64,000 nt of DNA from NCBI GenBank assembly GCA_001773215.1, contig MEWB01000001.1, positions 678,099 through 742,098 of the forward strand. Reading direction: 5' to 3'. The notes under the pieces are model-generated. The model was given only the letters and a program-made list of their open reading frames with translations, was not told the DNA's origin and searched no databases. This DNA is from a candidate division WWE3 bacterium RIFOXYC1_FULL_40_10. Lineage in GTDB: Bacteria > Patescibacteriota > WWE3 > UBA101185 > UBA10185. Shown piece after piece: positions 19,732 to 29,074 of this stretch. Within the stretch, counting starts at the first letter, position 1, and each line of letters begins with the position of its first letter. Position numbers and translations under genes: made by a program.

Positions 19732-20100
19732 ATGATAGAAAAAAACGTTATAAAACGATTCCAAATATTAGAAGAACTTTTGCAGGAGTTGAATAAACTT
19801 AAAGAAAACTACCAGGATTTACTGGAAGGGGATGCAACATACCAGCAACTCCAAGAGGAATCAACTAAGTTTAGAGAAGAGTCAAAAGAAAAACGCCAAA
19901 AGGTAAAATCCAACGAAACTTTAATCCATTTGGAAGAGGAAATGAAAATTATTAAAGATGATATTAAGGATAATCGCCAAGTTTTAGCTCAAGAATTGGC
20001 AGATTACTACAAGGAAAGCGGATTAATGGAGATTACCGGAGAAGACGGAGTTACCAGGAAATTTGCTTTTTCAGTTAGAATTACCGAAGAAAAAGAGTAA
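19732..20100 (+). CDS. Coiled-coil hypothetical protein
   Basis: E/K-rich heptad pattern; start ATG 19732 preceded by TGGTACACT. Confidence 0.7.
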   Translation: MIEKNVIKRFQILEELLQELNKLKENYQDLLEGDATYQQLQEESTKFREESKEKRQKVKSNETLIHLEEEMKIIKDDIKDNRQVLAQELADYYKESGLMEITGEDGVTRKFAFSVRITEEKE

Positions 20101-20138
20101 TTTATTGATATTTTAAGTTAATATAGGATAATACAAAT

Positions 20139-20222
20139 ATGCCGAATAAAAAGAAACGAGACGCTCAAAAATCAAGAATGGCCAGAAGAAAAAAATCCAG
20201 CCATAAGAGAATAACCAGATAG
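20139..20222 (+). CDS. 27-aa highly basic peptide, not in the ORF track
   Basis: MPNKKKRDAQKSRMARRKKSSHKRITR*; TTGATA-16-GATAAT ends 6 nt before the ATG. Confidence 0.5.
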   Translation: MPNKKKRDAQKSRMARRKKSSHKRITR

Positions 20223-20253
20223 AACTTTGAAGAGCTCTTGATAACCTGTAGTA

Positions 20254-20282
20254 TTGACACCTTGGGATTTTTTTGCTACAAT
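20254..20282 (+). promoter_or_regulatory. Near-consensus sigma70 promoter
   Basis: TTGACA-17nt-TACAAT with extended -10 TG. Confidence 0.8.
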
Positions 20283-20364
20283 AGCACAAGTTCTTCAAAT
20301 ACCCCTCATAGTATATATGTACCACCATAAATTTCATTAATTCCAGCTGATAAGGAGGAGTAAC

Positions 20365-20592
20365 ATGTGTTTCGTTACAGTGCCATTGGTAATTAGTCTA
20401 ATCACCGCTTTAATTAGCGGAGGAGAGCTGTTCTTCGAATGGGCATACGACGGGTGGGTTGCCACTATCACATGGGCCAACCCAACGTTTAAAATTTTCT
20501 CGGTATCCACAGGGGCCTGCGTGATATTGTTAGTGGCTTCTTATATCGTCTTCTCTTTTTTGTATGATGGGAAGTCTGGTGTAGTTAAGTGA
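20365..20592 (+). CDS. Small two-TM hypothetical protein
   Basis: TAAGGAGGAG SD and a strong promoter upstream. Confidence 0.6.
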   Translation: MCFVTVPLVISLITALISGGELFFEWAYDGWVATITWANPTFKIFSVSTGACVILLVASYIVFSFLYDGKSGVVK

Positions 20593-20614
20593 AATACCCT
20601 GGGGGTTATACAGA

Positions 20615-21421
20615 CTACTTGTTTGTGTAATCTCCAGGGCTTTTTTGTGAATTACCTCCGTACCTTCTATCCCTACCGGAGAAATCCTCTATCGCTTTAA
20701 TTAACTCCTCAGGAGTAAAAGCAGGCAAATAAACTTCGGGAAAATACATTTCCGAATAAGCCAATTGCCAAGAGAGAAACCCGCTAAGCCTTTGTTCCCC
20801 GCCCGTTCTGATAATAAGGTCGGGATACGGATAAGGCTGGTCTTTGGTATCCAAGTAATTTTTAAATAAAGGCATAGAGTACTTACCGTTAAACTTACCC
20901 ACTTCTTCCGATAGCTCTTCCGGTTTAATTTTCCCGGCTAAAACATCTTTGATAGCCTTTTGGATTGCCCGGAGTATATCGTCGTGCCCTCCATAATCCA
21001 GTGCAATATTTATTACGTTTTTTGTGAAACCCTTGGTCTTTTCCTCTGCATCCAAAATTTTATTTTTCAACTTTACCGGGATACGATCTTTTCGGCCTAA
21101 ATGGTAGACTCTGGTTTTATTTTCTAAAGCCTCTTTTAGGGTTTCGTCAAAATGGCGAATATATAGATTCATAAGATAATCTACTTCTTCTTTTGACCTG
21201 TTCCAATTTTCGGTAGAAAAAACCCAAAGAGTTACAGTGTGTACACCCATTTCATGAGCTTTGCGCACTAATTTTCTGGCGGCTTGGAAGCCCTCGAAAT
21301 GGCCTTGGAATGTGGGCAAGCCTTTTTCTTTTGCCCATCTTCTGTTGCCATCGCAAACCACTGCGATGTGATTAGGTATTTTTAAATTTTCGGTATTAGT
21401 GTTTTCTATATTATCTGACAT
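20615..21421 (-). CDS. uppS: Undecaprenyl/polyprenyl diphosphate synthase
   Basis: PNHIAVVCDGNRRWA, FSTENWNRS, YGGHDDI, PDLIIRTGGEQRLSGFL.WQ..YSE, RRYGG. Confidence 0.96.
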   Translation of the reverse strand: MSDNIENTNTENLKIPNHIAVVCDGNRRWAKEKGLPTFQGHFEGFQAARKLVRKAHEMGVHTVTLWVFSTENWNRSKEEVDYLMNLYIRHFDETLKEALENKTRVYHLGRKDRIPVKLKNKILDAEEKTKGFTKNVINIALDYGGHDDILRAIQKAIKDVLAGKIKPEELSEEVGKFNGKYSMPLFKNYLDTKDQPYPYPDLIIRTGGEQRLSGFLSWQLAYSEMYFPEVYLPAFTPEELIKAIEDFSGRDRRYGGNSQKSPGDYTNK

Positions 21422-21480
21422 ATACAAGTTGCCTGGCGGACCAGCCACAGCGATTAGTATACCAAAGATGTGGAATTATG

Positions 21481-21520
21481 AAAAAGAAAACCGGAAGAAT
21501 GGATAATTCCAAACTCCCGG
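21481..21520 (-). terminator. Rho-independent terminator
   Basis: CCGGGAGTTTGGA-ATTA-TCCATTCTTCCGG followed by TTTTCTTTTT on the minus strand. Confidence 0.7.
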
Positions 21521-21528
21521 TAGCAAAC

Positions 21529-21888
21529 TTAGTAAAGTTGGAGACTGTTAGGGGATACCCTAAAAGCCGAAGCAAAGTTTTGTATTGTGAGTGTCTTACA
21601 AACATTAAAATGCTTAAGCAACCACTCGGAACGAAGAACTGAATCTACTTCCGGCGCGTCTCCCTCAAATTTTGTCATCCTAACCTTAAACCCGGTATAG
21701 TTTTGCTCCAAAACAAGAGGATCCCCCTCAAAATCTACGACTGCGAAAAGATAGGGAAAATCGTCCTCCGGGAAATAACCGAAGAACTCGTCGTTTTCTT
21801 TCCACCTTTCTCCAAAAGCTACTCTTGTAATGGTTTGAATGTCTTTACCATTAACCGAAAAGCCTGGAAAATGGATATTAAACTCCAT
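21529..21888 (-). CDS. Hypothetical protein (ORFan-like)
   Basis: TATAAT, short leader and AGGAGG SD upstream; terminator downstream. Confidence 0.65.
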   Translation of the reverse strand: MEFNIHFPGFSVNGKDIQTITRVAFGERWKENDEFFGYFPEDDFPYLFAVVDFEGDPLVLEQNYTGFKVRMTKFEGDAPEVDSVLRSEWLLKHFNVCKTLTIQNFASAFRVSPNSLQLY

Positions 21889-21999
21889 ACTAACCTCCTG
21901 AGTACTGTATTCGGCTCATTATACACCTATAGTACATAAACCCTTGCTCGCTGATCGAAAATGTAATATATATATCAGAGCAAGTTTCCACTTAAAATT

Positions 22000-22920
22000 A
22001 TGATAGCTGTTGAAAAATTAAGTAAAAATTTTGGAAATATTAGTGCAATCAAGGATTTATCCTTTTCGATAAATGATGGTGAAATTGTGGGACTACTAGG
22101 GCCCAACGGAGCCGGCAAAACAACCACTATGCGTGTACTCAGCGGGTTCTACGCCCCCGATGAGGGTACTGTAAATATAAACGGAAGCGATATATTAACT
22201 CATACACAAGAGGCTCAAAGCCAAATCGGCTATCTCCCGGAAAACAACCCTCTTTACAAAGATATGTTAGTAGAAGAAATTTTGGATTTCTCGCTAGACT
22301 TAAAAAACATTCAAGGACACGAAAGAAAGGAAGCATTGGATTTTGCAATTAGGTCCGTAAATATTGCAGATGTATATTATCGCCCTGTTAACGAGCTATC
22401 TAAGGGATATAAACAACGTGTTGGAATTGCAGTCGCCCTTCTTCACAAACCAAAAATTCTAATAATGGACGAACCGACCGAGGGCCTTGACCCAAACCAG
22501 AGAACCGAAATTCGTAATTTGATTAAAAATTTGGCGAAAGAACACACCATCATTATTAGTACTCACGTAATGCAAGAGGTTGAAGCAATTTGTTCAAGAG
22601 TGATATTGATAAGTAAGGGCGAATTAAAAGCCGACAGCCCCGTCCATGAGCTTTCTAGAGGACTAAAAAGTGAAAAGTTAATTCAAATAGACATTGAGGG
22701 AAAAAATGTCAAAACTGAGATTCGTAAAATTTCGGCTATTAAGGAAATTCAAAACGAACAAATTCTTGGAGATAGATATTCAGCAAGGCTTATCATTGAT
22801 ACCAATACTGAGATACAACCCCAGCTTAGTAGCCAAATACACAATAACAAATGGACCATTTGGCGACTTTCGGAAGAAAAATTACAGTTGGAAGACATAT
22901 TTAAACAATTAACATCATGA
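22000..22920 (+). CDS. ABC transporter ATP-binding protein (GldA-like)
   Basis: GPNGAGKTT, GYLPENNPLY, LSKGYKQRVG, DEPTEGLDPNQ. Confidence 0.92.
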   Translation: MIAVEKLSKNFGNISAIKDLSFSINDGEIVGLLGPNGAGKTTTMRVLSGFYAPDEGTVNINGSDILTHTQEAQSQIGYLPENNPLYKDMLVEEILDFSLDLKNIQGHERKEALDFAIRSVNIADVYYRPVNELSKGYKQRVGIAVALLHKPKILIMDEPTEGLDPNQRTEIRNLIKNLAKEHTIIISTHVMQEVEAICSRVILISKGELKADSPVHELSRGLKSEKLIQIDIEGKNVKTEIRKISAIKEIQNEQILGDRYSARLIIDTNTEIQPQLSSQIHNNKWTIWRLSEEKLQLEDIFKQLTS

Positions 22921-25145
22921 ATAAAGCAAACATACTAAAAATAGTGAAAAAAGAAAATAAAGCTGTAGCGGGCAGCCCTGCAACATACGTTATCTTGATA
23001 GTTTTCTTAACTCTCTGGGAATTTCTGTTCTTTAGAAACGCATTCCTTATCTCTACAACCTCACTTAGGGATCTTTTCGACTGGCTTCCGTGGTTATTAC
23101 TAGTCTTTGTGTCGGCTGTAACTATGGGCAGTATTTCAAAAGAATCCGAGGATGGCACAATGGAATTGGTTTTGACACATCCCGTAAAAGAAATCGAATT
23201 TATTATCGGAAAATATCTGTCATCTCTATTGTTTGTGTCTTTAGGTTTGCTTTTCTCTATTCCAATCGCATTAACTTTTGCTAAATTCGGCAAGTTTGAC
23301 TGGGGGATATTTGCCGCTCAATTACTGGGGAGCATATTCTTCGCAGCTACACTATCGGCGCTAGGCACCTTTGTATCCAGTGTACTTAAAAACCAAATAG
23401 GAGCTTTTTTAGTTACGGCTACATCAGGATTTTTGTTGATCCTCTCGGGAACTGACTTCGTTCTGGAAACTTTTCCATTTTGGGCAGCTCAAATCGTGAG
23501 CAAAATCTCATTAATAACACACTTTCAAAACATATCAAAAGGCGTCTTGGATCTAAAAGATATCACCTACTTTTTTGGGTTTATAGCAATATTTTTATCA
23601 TTAACATACCTGCAATTTATTGCTAAAAAGTTTGGCTCCAATAAAAAGGCCTATTCCGACGTAAAAGTTGGAGTAATACTGATTTCGGGCATATTCGCAT
23701 TGGTGGTAGCCCTTGGGGATCGAATATCCTTGAGAGTAGACCTGAGTCAAGGGCGAGTGTTCACACTTTCAGGTGCAACTAAACAGGTTTTGGGACAGCT
23801 TACTGATATTGTTACAGTCACCGTTTATTCTACACAAAAACTTCCGCCGCAAAGTAGCCAGTATTTAAGAGAAACAAAAGACCTTCTCAATGACTATAAA
23901 TCAAGAGCAAACGGCAATTTAATTATAAAAACAATTGATCCAAGTAAAGATCCTGTTTTCGCCCAGGAAGCTGAAACCTTAGGCATCCCGATGATTAGAT
24001 TTAATACTTTAGAAGGCCAAAACTACCAATCGGTCACAGGCTACCTAGGTTTGGCAGTTACATACGCAGGAAAATCAGAAGTTATCCCAGTAATACAAAC
24101 CACCGGAGACCTCGAATACCAGCTTACCGGGATAATTAAAAAACTTACAGTTAAGGACAAAAAAACCGTTGGCATTGTTATTAACACTGCTAATACTCAG
24201 ATAACTGAGTATTCATTACTCATAAAAGAATTGGAAAATCAATTTAAACTGGTTTACCCGGATTTGACACAGGAAGATGTAACCTTGCCTGTTGAACTTA
24301 GTACCCTTGTTATTGTGGGACCCACAGCTGATTATCCGCCAACTGTTTTGTCGAAACTTCAAGCATATGTAAACGAGGGAAAAAGCCTGATGCTACTTAT
24401 GGACGGAAGACAAATAAATGTAACAGAATCCTCAGTGGAATCTACCGCAGTAACTGCGAATGCCTCCGCTCTGATTAGCTCTTTGGGTGTAACAGTTAAT
24501 AACGACCTGGCCTACGACCTGGAATTAAACGAAACCGTGAGAATTAATAACGGACCTATTTCCTACCTCCTCCCCTATCCCTATTGGCTAAAAGCAGTAA
24601 CAGCAAAGGAACAACACCAAATCACCTCTAAAATAGATACCGTATACATGCCTTGGACAAGTTCGATCAGTATAAACGAGGATAGCGCTACCCAATCCGG
24701 GTATGATATCAAAAAGCTATTGATGACATCTTCCCACGGGGGTATTTCCTCCGGAACAGCTAATATTGGCCCTGATGCACAACCGGAAAATAAAAACCTT
24801 GGGGAACAAGTGCTGGCTGTTGCATTACAACCTAAGGAAGGCACAACCGGAAAAGCCAGAATTGTTGTAGCCGGAGATTCAGAGTTTATATTAGATAGGT
24901 CGGTGCAGAGCGGCCCTTCCGGAATAGTTTTTGGCCTAAACGCAATAAGCTGGCTCACTCAAGAAGACTCATTAGGAGAAATAAAGATAAAGGCTGAACC
25001 TTTTGGCACAATGACTTTTTCGAACAAGAATATGCCGCAATTGATTAAAATCGGAAATTTGGCATTAGCAATAGGCCTCCCCCTTATTATTGGCGTTATC
25101 TATATTTCTTTGAGAAATAAACTTAAAACCGGAAGTTATAAATGA
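22917..25145 (+). CDS. GldF-GldG fusion: ABC-2 permease plus ABC-type auxiliary domain
   Basis: N-terminal ABC-2 TMs (E...GTMEL.LT.P...GKY), then RVDLS....FTLS..TK..L, LEYQLT, VAGDSEF, N.ISWL. Confidence 0.85.
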   Translation: MNKANILKIVKKENKAVAGSPATYVILIVFLTLWEFLFFRNAFLISTTSLRDLFDWLPWLLLVFVSAVTMGSISKESEDGTMELVLTHPVKEIEFIIGKYLSSLLFVSLGLLFSIPIALTFAKFGKFDWGIFAAQLLGSIFFAATLSALGTFVSSVLKNQIGAFLVTATSGFLLILSGTDFVLETFPFWAAQIVSKISLITHFQNISKGVLDLKDITYFFGFIAIFLSLTYLQFIAKKFGSNKKAYSDVKVGVILISGIFALVVALGDRISLRVDLSQGRVFTLSGATKQVLGQLTDIVTVTVYSTQKLPPQSSQYLRETKDLLNDYKSRANGNLIIKTIDPSKDPVFAQEAETLGIPMIRFNTLEGQNYQSVTGYLGLAVTYAGKSEVIPVIQTTGDLEYQLTGIIKKLTVKDKKTVGIVINTANTQITEYSLLIKELENQFKLVYPDLTQEDVTLPVELSTLVIVGPTADYPPTVLSKLQAYVNEGKSLMLLMDGRQINVTESSVESTAVTANASALISSLGVTVNNDLAYDLELNETVRINNGPISYLLPYPYWLKAVTAKEQHQITSKIDTVYMPWTSSISINEDSATQSGYDIKKLLMTSSHGGISSGTANIGPDAQPENKNLGEQVLAVALQPKEGTTGKARIVVAGDSEFILDRSVQSGPSGIVFGLNAISWLTQEDSLGEIKIKAEPFGTMTFSNKNMPQLIKIGNLALAIGLPLIIGVIYISLRNKLKTGSYK

Positions 25146-26050
25146 GCAATAAAACTACCAAAATCCTATTAGCCGTATTTTTGCTATTGTTCGTGTTGGT
25201 AATAGCCCCGAGCGCTTACGAAAAATATAAATCCAAAACCTCGGCTCCCGGATTTGTTTCAAATGACTCATGGATTGAATCGCTAAATACAGCTGAATTA
25301 ACTAAAATTATTCTCGAGGACACTCAAGGAAATATTGAACTGACCAGAACAAATGATAATTGGCAGGTAAATGGTAAGAGAGCCGATGGTATGGAAGTAG
25401 CTAGTTTTATTACCAAGATTAAAGAAACAAAGAAGGGTGATTTAATATCCAGAAACAAGGATAATCATTCGGATTTAGGAGTAACAAACGAAGCAGGAAC
25501 AAAATTAACTTTATCCTCACCAAAGCAGGAAACTACACTTCTAGTAGGAAATTCCACCTTAAGCGGTAACTCTTTTTACTATCGTAAAGCAGATCAGGAT
25601 CTCGTATTTATCGGGTTATCGGACCTGCAAACCTTCACCAATACAGAAGAGGTTAAGTGGCGAGATAAAAAAGTGTTTAATTTAGACCAAAATTTAATCG
25701 GCAAGGTTCAGATTAGCGGGTATAATACATTTTCCCTTGATAAAGATACTAATTCTAAAATATGGTCCAAAAACCTGTGGGGAAACATAACTCCCTTCGA
25801 CAGTGAAACTTCGGGGAAGATAGATACCGCGTTTTCACCACTAACAGGATTTGGATTTGCCAGCCAACAAGAAACAGCTGACTTTAATACTTCCTGGGAT
25901 AAATACACTGTCGTAATTTCGGATACTCAAGGAGTAGAATTGACAAGGTTTGAAACCAGAAAATCCGGAGAAGACTACATCGTAAAAGCCTCAAATTCCG
26001 AGGATCTCTTTAAATTATATAAATCAAAATTAGACTTTATTTTAGAGTAA
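25142..26050 (+). CDS. DUF4340-domain membrane-anchored protein
   Basis: N-terminal TM, W...G..AD, LG....G..L, WRDK.VF; usual third gene after GldAFG-like genes. Confidence 0.75.
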   Translation: MSNKTTKILLAVFLLLFVLVIAPSAYEKYKSKTSAPGFVSNDSWIESLNTAELTKIILEDTQGNIELTRTNDNWQVNGKRADGMEVASFITKIKETKKGDLISRNKDNHSDLGVTNEAGTKLTLSSPKQETTLLVGNSTLSGNSFYYRKADQDLVFIGLSDLQTFTNTEEVKWRDKKVFNLDQNLIGKVQISGYNTFSLDKDTNSKIWSKNLWGNITPFDSETSGKIDTAFSPLTGFGFASQQETADFNTSWDKYTVVISDTQGVELTRFETRKSGEDYIVKASNSEDLFKLYKSKLDFILE

Positions 26051-26093
26051 TAGTATACTCCAATCACAATTAGACCTAAAAAAGGAGTTTGCA

Positions 26094-26471
26094 ATGAATG
26101 TGGCTCAGGCAATTCAAAACTTTTTCTCAACTGTGTTTACACCAGTCACCCTCCCGTTCCGAATTTTAGCTTTTATGGCAAGCAACACAAGGTCCGACGA
26201 GGGATTCAAACTTGGAATTGGTATCAGCTTGTTTTTTCTATTGGTTCTAGGCATGATTCACAGTATAGGGACTGTTGACTTAACTGCATTAGTAGCATTC
26301 GTATACTTCTCAGCCTGGTTTCTAGGAGCAGGTTGGTTTTATGCAAGTGTAAGAAGTGGATTTATATCCGGAAGCTTTTTCCTTGGGTATTCCGCAACTA
26401 CTCTGCTCTGCCTGGATTCCTTGATAATTGCCCAACTAGTGCTGTACAAAGGCTTCCTATTCTGTATATAG
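26094..26471 (+). CDS. Hypothetical three-TM membrane protein (ORFan-like)
   Basis: TATACT, short leader and AAGGAG SD upstream. Confidence 0.6.
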   Translation: MNVAQAIQNFFSTVFTPVTLPFRILAFMASNTRSDEGFKLGIGISLFFLLVLGMIHSIGTVDLTALVAFVYFSAWFLGAGWFYASVRSGFISGSFFLGYSATTLLCLDSLIIAQLVLYKGFLFCI

Positions 26472-26477
26472 AAATAT

Positions 26478-26507
26478 AGGGCTTTTAGATATTTGTCTAA
26501 AGGCCCT
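26478..26507. terminator. Hairpin between convergent genes
   Basis: AGGGCTTTTAGA/TCTAAAGGCCCT stem. Confidence 0.6.
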
Positions 26508-27081
26508 TTACTATTTCCATAAAGTTTTTGGCGGAAATAATCTTGGGTGGAGGAAGTTCCTTATAATTTGGATTCGGAACTAAATCCAACGCGCCTTTTT
26601 TGATACAGACATAATAAGCCATGCCACCCAGCTTCTTAATTATTTCGTAATCGTGATCTGTATGCCCTTCTCTCCAGTCGTCGAAGGTTAACAGGGGGGT
26701 ACTCCCTAAATTACTCCAGGAATGTGCAAAATTCGGCGTGGTAACGATTTCATCGCCGGGCATAGCCTGAACAAAATAAACAGCTTTAACTTTGTCTTTA
26801 ACCCATTTACCACTGGAGTCATAGAACTTCTCCTGAACTTGATAAATACCTTCACCCTGAACTAAATGTGTTGTCTCAGTTGCATGTATATTGTGATAGT
26901 GTCCAAAAGTTTTAGGATACTCCTTTCCCAACATTTCATTCGAAATAATAGTCATGTTTTCCCACTTATCAGTTGAGATGCCCGAAAATACCCAGTAAAT
27001 TTCGACTGTTGAGAGGGGGATCGATTTGTCGAGTAACACCGACGACAAGCTTTTAACAGTTCGGGCAGATTTTAATTTCAT
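26497..27081 (-). CDS. Cupin-type (archaeal-like) glucose-6-phosphate isomerase
   Basis: G.EYPKTFGHYH...E....VQGEG, PNFAH...N.G, GGMAYY, NPNY. Confidence 0.8.
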   Translation of the reverse strand: MKLKSARTVKSLSSVLLDKSIPLSTVEIYWVFSGISTDKWENMTIISNEMLGKEYPKTFGHYHNIHATETTHLVQGEGIYQVQEKFYDSSGKWVKDKVKAVYFVQAMPGDEIVTTPNFAHSWSNLGSTPLLTFDDWREGHTDHDYEIIKKLGGMAYYVCIKKGALDLVPNPNYKELPPPKIISAKNFMEIVKGL

Positions 27082-27110
27082 GATACAAGTTTAACTGATA
27101 AAATAATGAG

Positions 27111-28202
27111 ATGAAAGTATTAGTAACAGGAGCCGCAGGTTTTATAGGTAGCTATATAAGCCGAGCTTTAATTAATAGAGGTGACGATGTAATTGGTATA
27201 GATAATTTCGACGACTACTATCCCAGAAAAAGCAAGGAATTTAATCTGGATTTGGTTTACCTTATTGCAGAAGGCAGTGTTAAATATTTACCTGAAAATG
27301 AAACTATGCCGGTTTTTGAAAAAATTAACAGTTTTTTGCAAGCCGATACACGACTTCGTTCTCGTGATATTAAGGGTAAGTTTGTATTTGAAGAAGGTAA
27401 TATGATTGACGAAGGTTTTGTAAGGAAAAGCTTTGAGAAAAATAAACCTGACGCAGTTATTCATTTGGCGGCAAAGGCAGGCGTACCTTCTTCACTAAGA
27501 GACCCAACCGGCTATGTTAAAACCAATATGGTCGGCACAGCGAATCTTATTGAGGCTTGTAGAGACTTGGGCATTAAAAAATTCGTGTTTGGATCTTCTT
27601 CTACGGTTTACGGCAATCGAGAAGATAGAAAAATACATGAAGATGACGACATACTACATCCCGAATCTCCCTATGGGGCTACAAAGGTCGGGGGAGAGAT
27701 TTTTTGCTATACGGCATCAAAAGTATATGGAATAAAAACAACTGTGTGCAGAATAATTGGCCCTATATACGGACCTCTTCAAAGGCAATATGGCATGTTT
27801 ATGCAACGCGCTATTAACTTTACTTTTAATGATAGGGAAATATCGATATACGGTAAGAAGGGGCTTGAAACCTCCAAAAACAGCACTTACATTGACGATT
27901 TAGTATACGGCTTGCTGCTTTGCCTGGATTATGACAAGAACTTTGATGTCTTCAACATCGGATCAGGAGAGGCCCAAAAAATATCCGATTGGATTGGCGA
28001 GATAGAAAAGGCGATGGGAAAGAAAGTTAAATACACAGTAGTCGAAGCAGACAAGGGAGACGTGGGATCATCAGTGGATATTGCAAAGGCCCAGAAAATA
28101 TTAGGCTATAACCCTGCAATGCAGTTGTCCCAAGGGGTAAAACGCCAGGTAGAAACTTTCTTACTAATGCCCGATTGGTACAAGAACCAAAAAACCGTTT
28201 AG
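27111..28202 (+). CDS. NAD-dependent epimerase (UDP-glucuronate 4-epimerase-like)
   Basis: TGAAGFIGS, IDNFDDYY, HLAAKAGV..S, GSSSTVYG, PESPYGATK. Confidence 0.88.
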   Translation: MKVLVTGAAGFIGSYISRALINRGDDVIGIDNFDDYYPRKSKEFNLDLVYLIAEGSVKYLPENETMPVFEKINSFLQADTRLRSRDIKGKFVFEEGNMIDEGFVRKSFEKNKPDAVIHLAAKAGVPSSLRDPTGYVKTNMVGTANLIEACRDLGIKKFVFGSSSTVYGNREDRKIHEDDDILHPESPYGATKVGGEIFCYTASKVYGIKTTVCRIIGPIYGPLQRQYGMFMQRAINFTFNDREISIYGKKGLETSKNSTYIDDLVYGLLLCLDYDKNFDVFNIGSGEAQKISDWIGEIEKAMGKKVKYTVVEADKGDVGSSVDIAKAQKILGYNPAMQLSQGVKRQVETFLLMPDWYKNQKTV

Positions 28203-28203
28203 T

Positions 28204-29070
28204 TTATTGTACCGATCCCTCGTGGGAATAAAGTCCATAATCAAAAACCGACGGCATAGAGGGGTTTGATCTTACCGCAGTTATCTCCTTGGATATGCTC
28301 TGAGATTCAGAGCCAGATAAATAACCCTTGCATATGACTCTAAAACCCTGATTTGGCATCACGGTAGCAGGAGCCACAGGATAAACTCTGATAAGTGAAC
28401 CCTCGTACAACGCCCTAAGCCTCATACCATAGGGTGTGGGAGCACCTAATGTAGAAAAATTAACTGTCTTACATTGAAAACCAGACAAACTATGGTCAGT
28501 AGAAAGAAAAGAAGAGGTTGGTAACCCTATATCTCCTATTTGGTATCCTGTTCTAACCACATTAGCAGCGTTATAAACCACTACACTGATTGCAGTCGTA
28601 GGATTATTCCAGCACAAGTCTACAGAGTTTGCAGTGTAGCCTTCGAGAGAAACTTCTGTCATCTTACCTTCGGCAAGAGTGGTTTCAAAGGGATTTTGGT
28701 TTGAAAGAGTCTCAAATTTCGCTTCCGCCTGTAAAGTTAGATTTTCCGAGGCAGCCTTATAGGGCAGTACACACGCAGAGCCATCGACTGTGGCCACAAC
28801 CCCGGAACCGGCACCAAAAGCTTGTGAACACTCACTCGAGGTAGCTCCCGATTCAACAAGATTATCGACCTCAACAAGGGGCAACACTACAGCTCTCTCA
28901 ATACAACCTTCAGCGGCACCTAAAACTCTAGAATAAGTATCGGATGTTGTGGTTCGTTTAACGGAAGATAATGTTCTGTTAGATATGGATACACCTACCA
29001 CCATAGCCACCGAAACGGCAACTAAAACAAATAACAGAGCTTGTCCTTTTTTAAATTCATTTTTTTTCAT
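28204..29070 (-). CDS. Type IV minor pilin, PilX-like
   Basis: Basic leader, G|QALLFVLV (class III signal lacking Glu5), hydrophobic helix, A..AAEG.IE motif. Confidence 0.8.
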   Translation of the reverse strand: MKKNEFKKGQALLFVLVAVSVAMVVGVSISNRTLSSVKRTTTSDTYSRVLGAAEGCIERAVVLPLVEVDNLVESGATSSECSQAFGAGSGVVATVDGSACVLPYKAASENLTLQAEAKFETLSNQNPFETTLAEGKMTEVSLEGYTANSVDLCWNNPTTAISVVVYNAANVVRTGYQIGDIGLPTSSFLSTDHSLSGFQCKTVNFSTLGAPTPYGMRLRALYEGSLIRVYPVAPATVMPNQGFRVICKGYLSGSESQSISKEITAVRSNPSMPSVFDYGLYSHEGSVQ

Positions 29071-29074
29071 ATCT

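Noticed and set aside
20113-20337. 74-aa minus-strand ORF
   Set aside because: It covers two plus-strand promoters and the basic peptide ORF, and has no SD or recognisable motif
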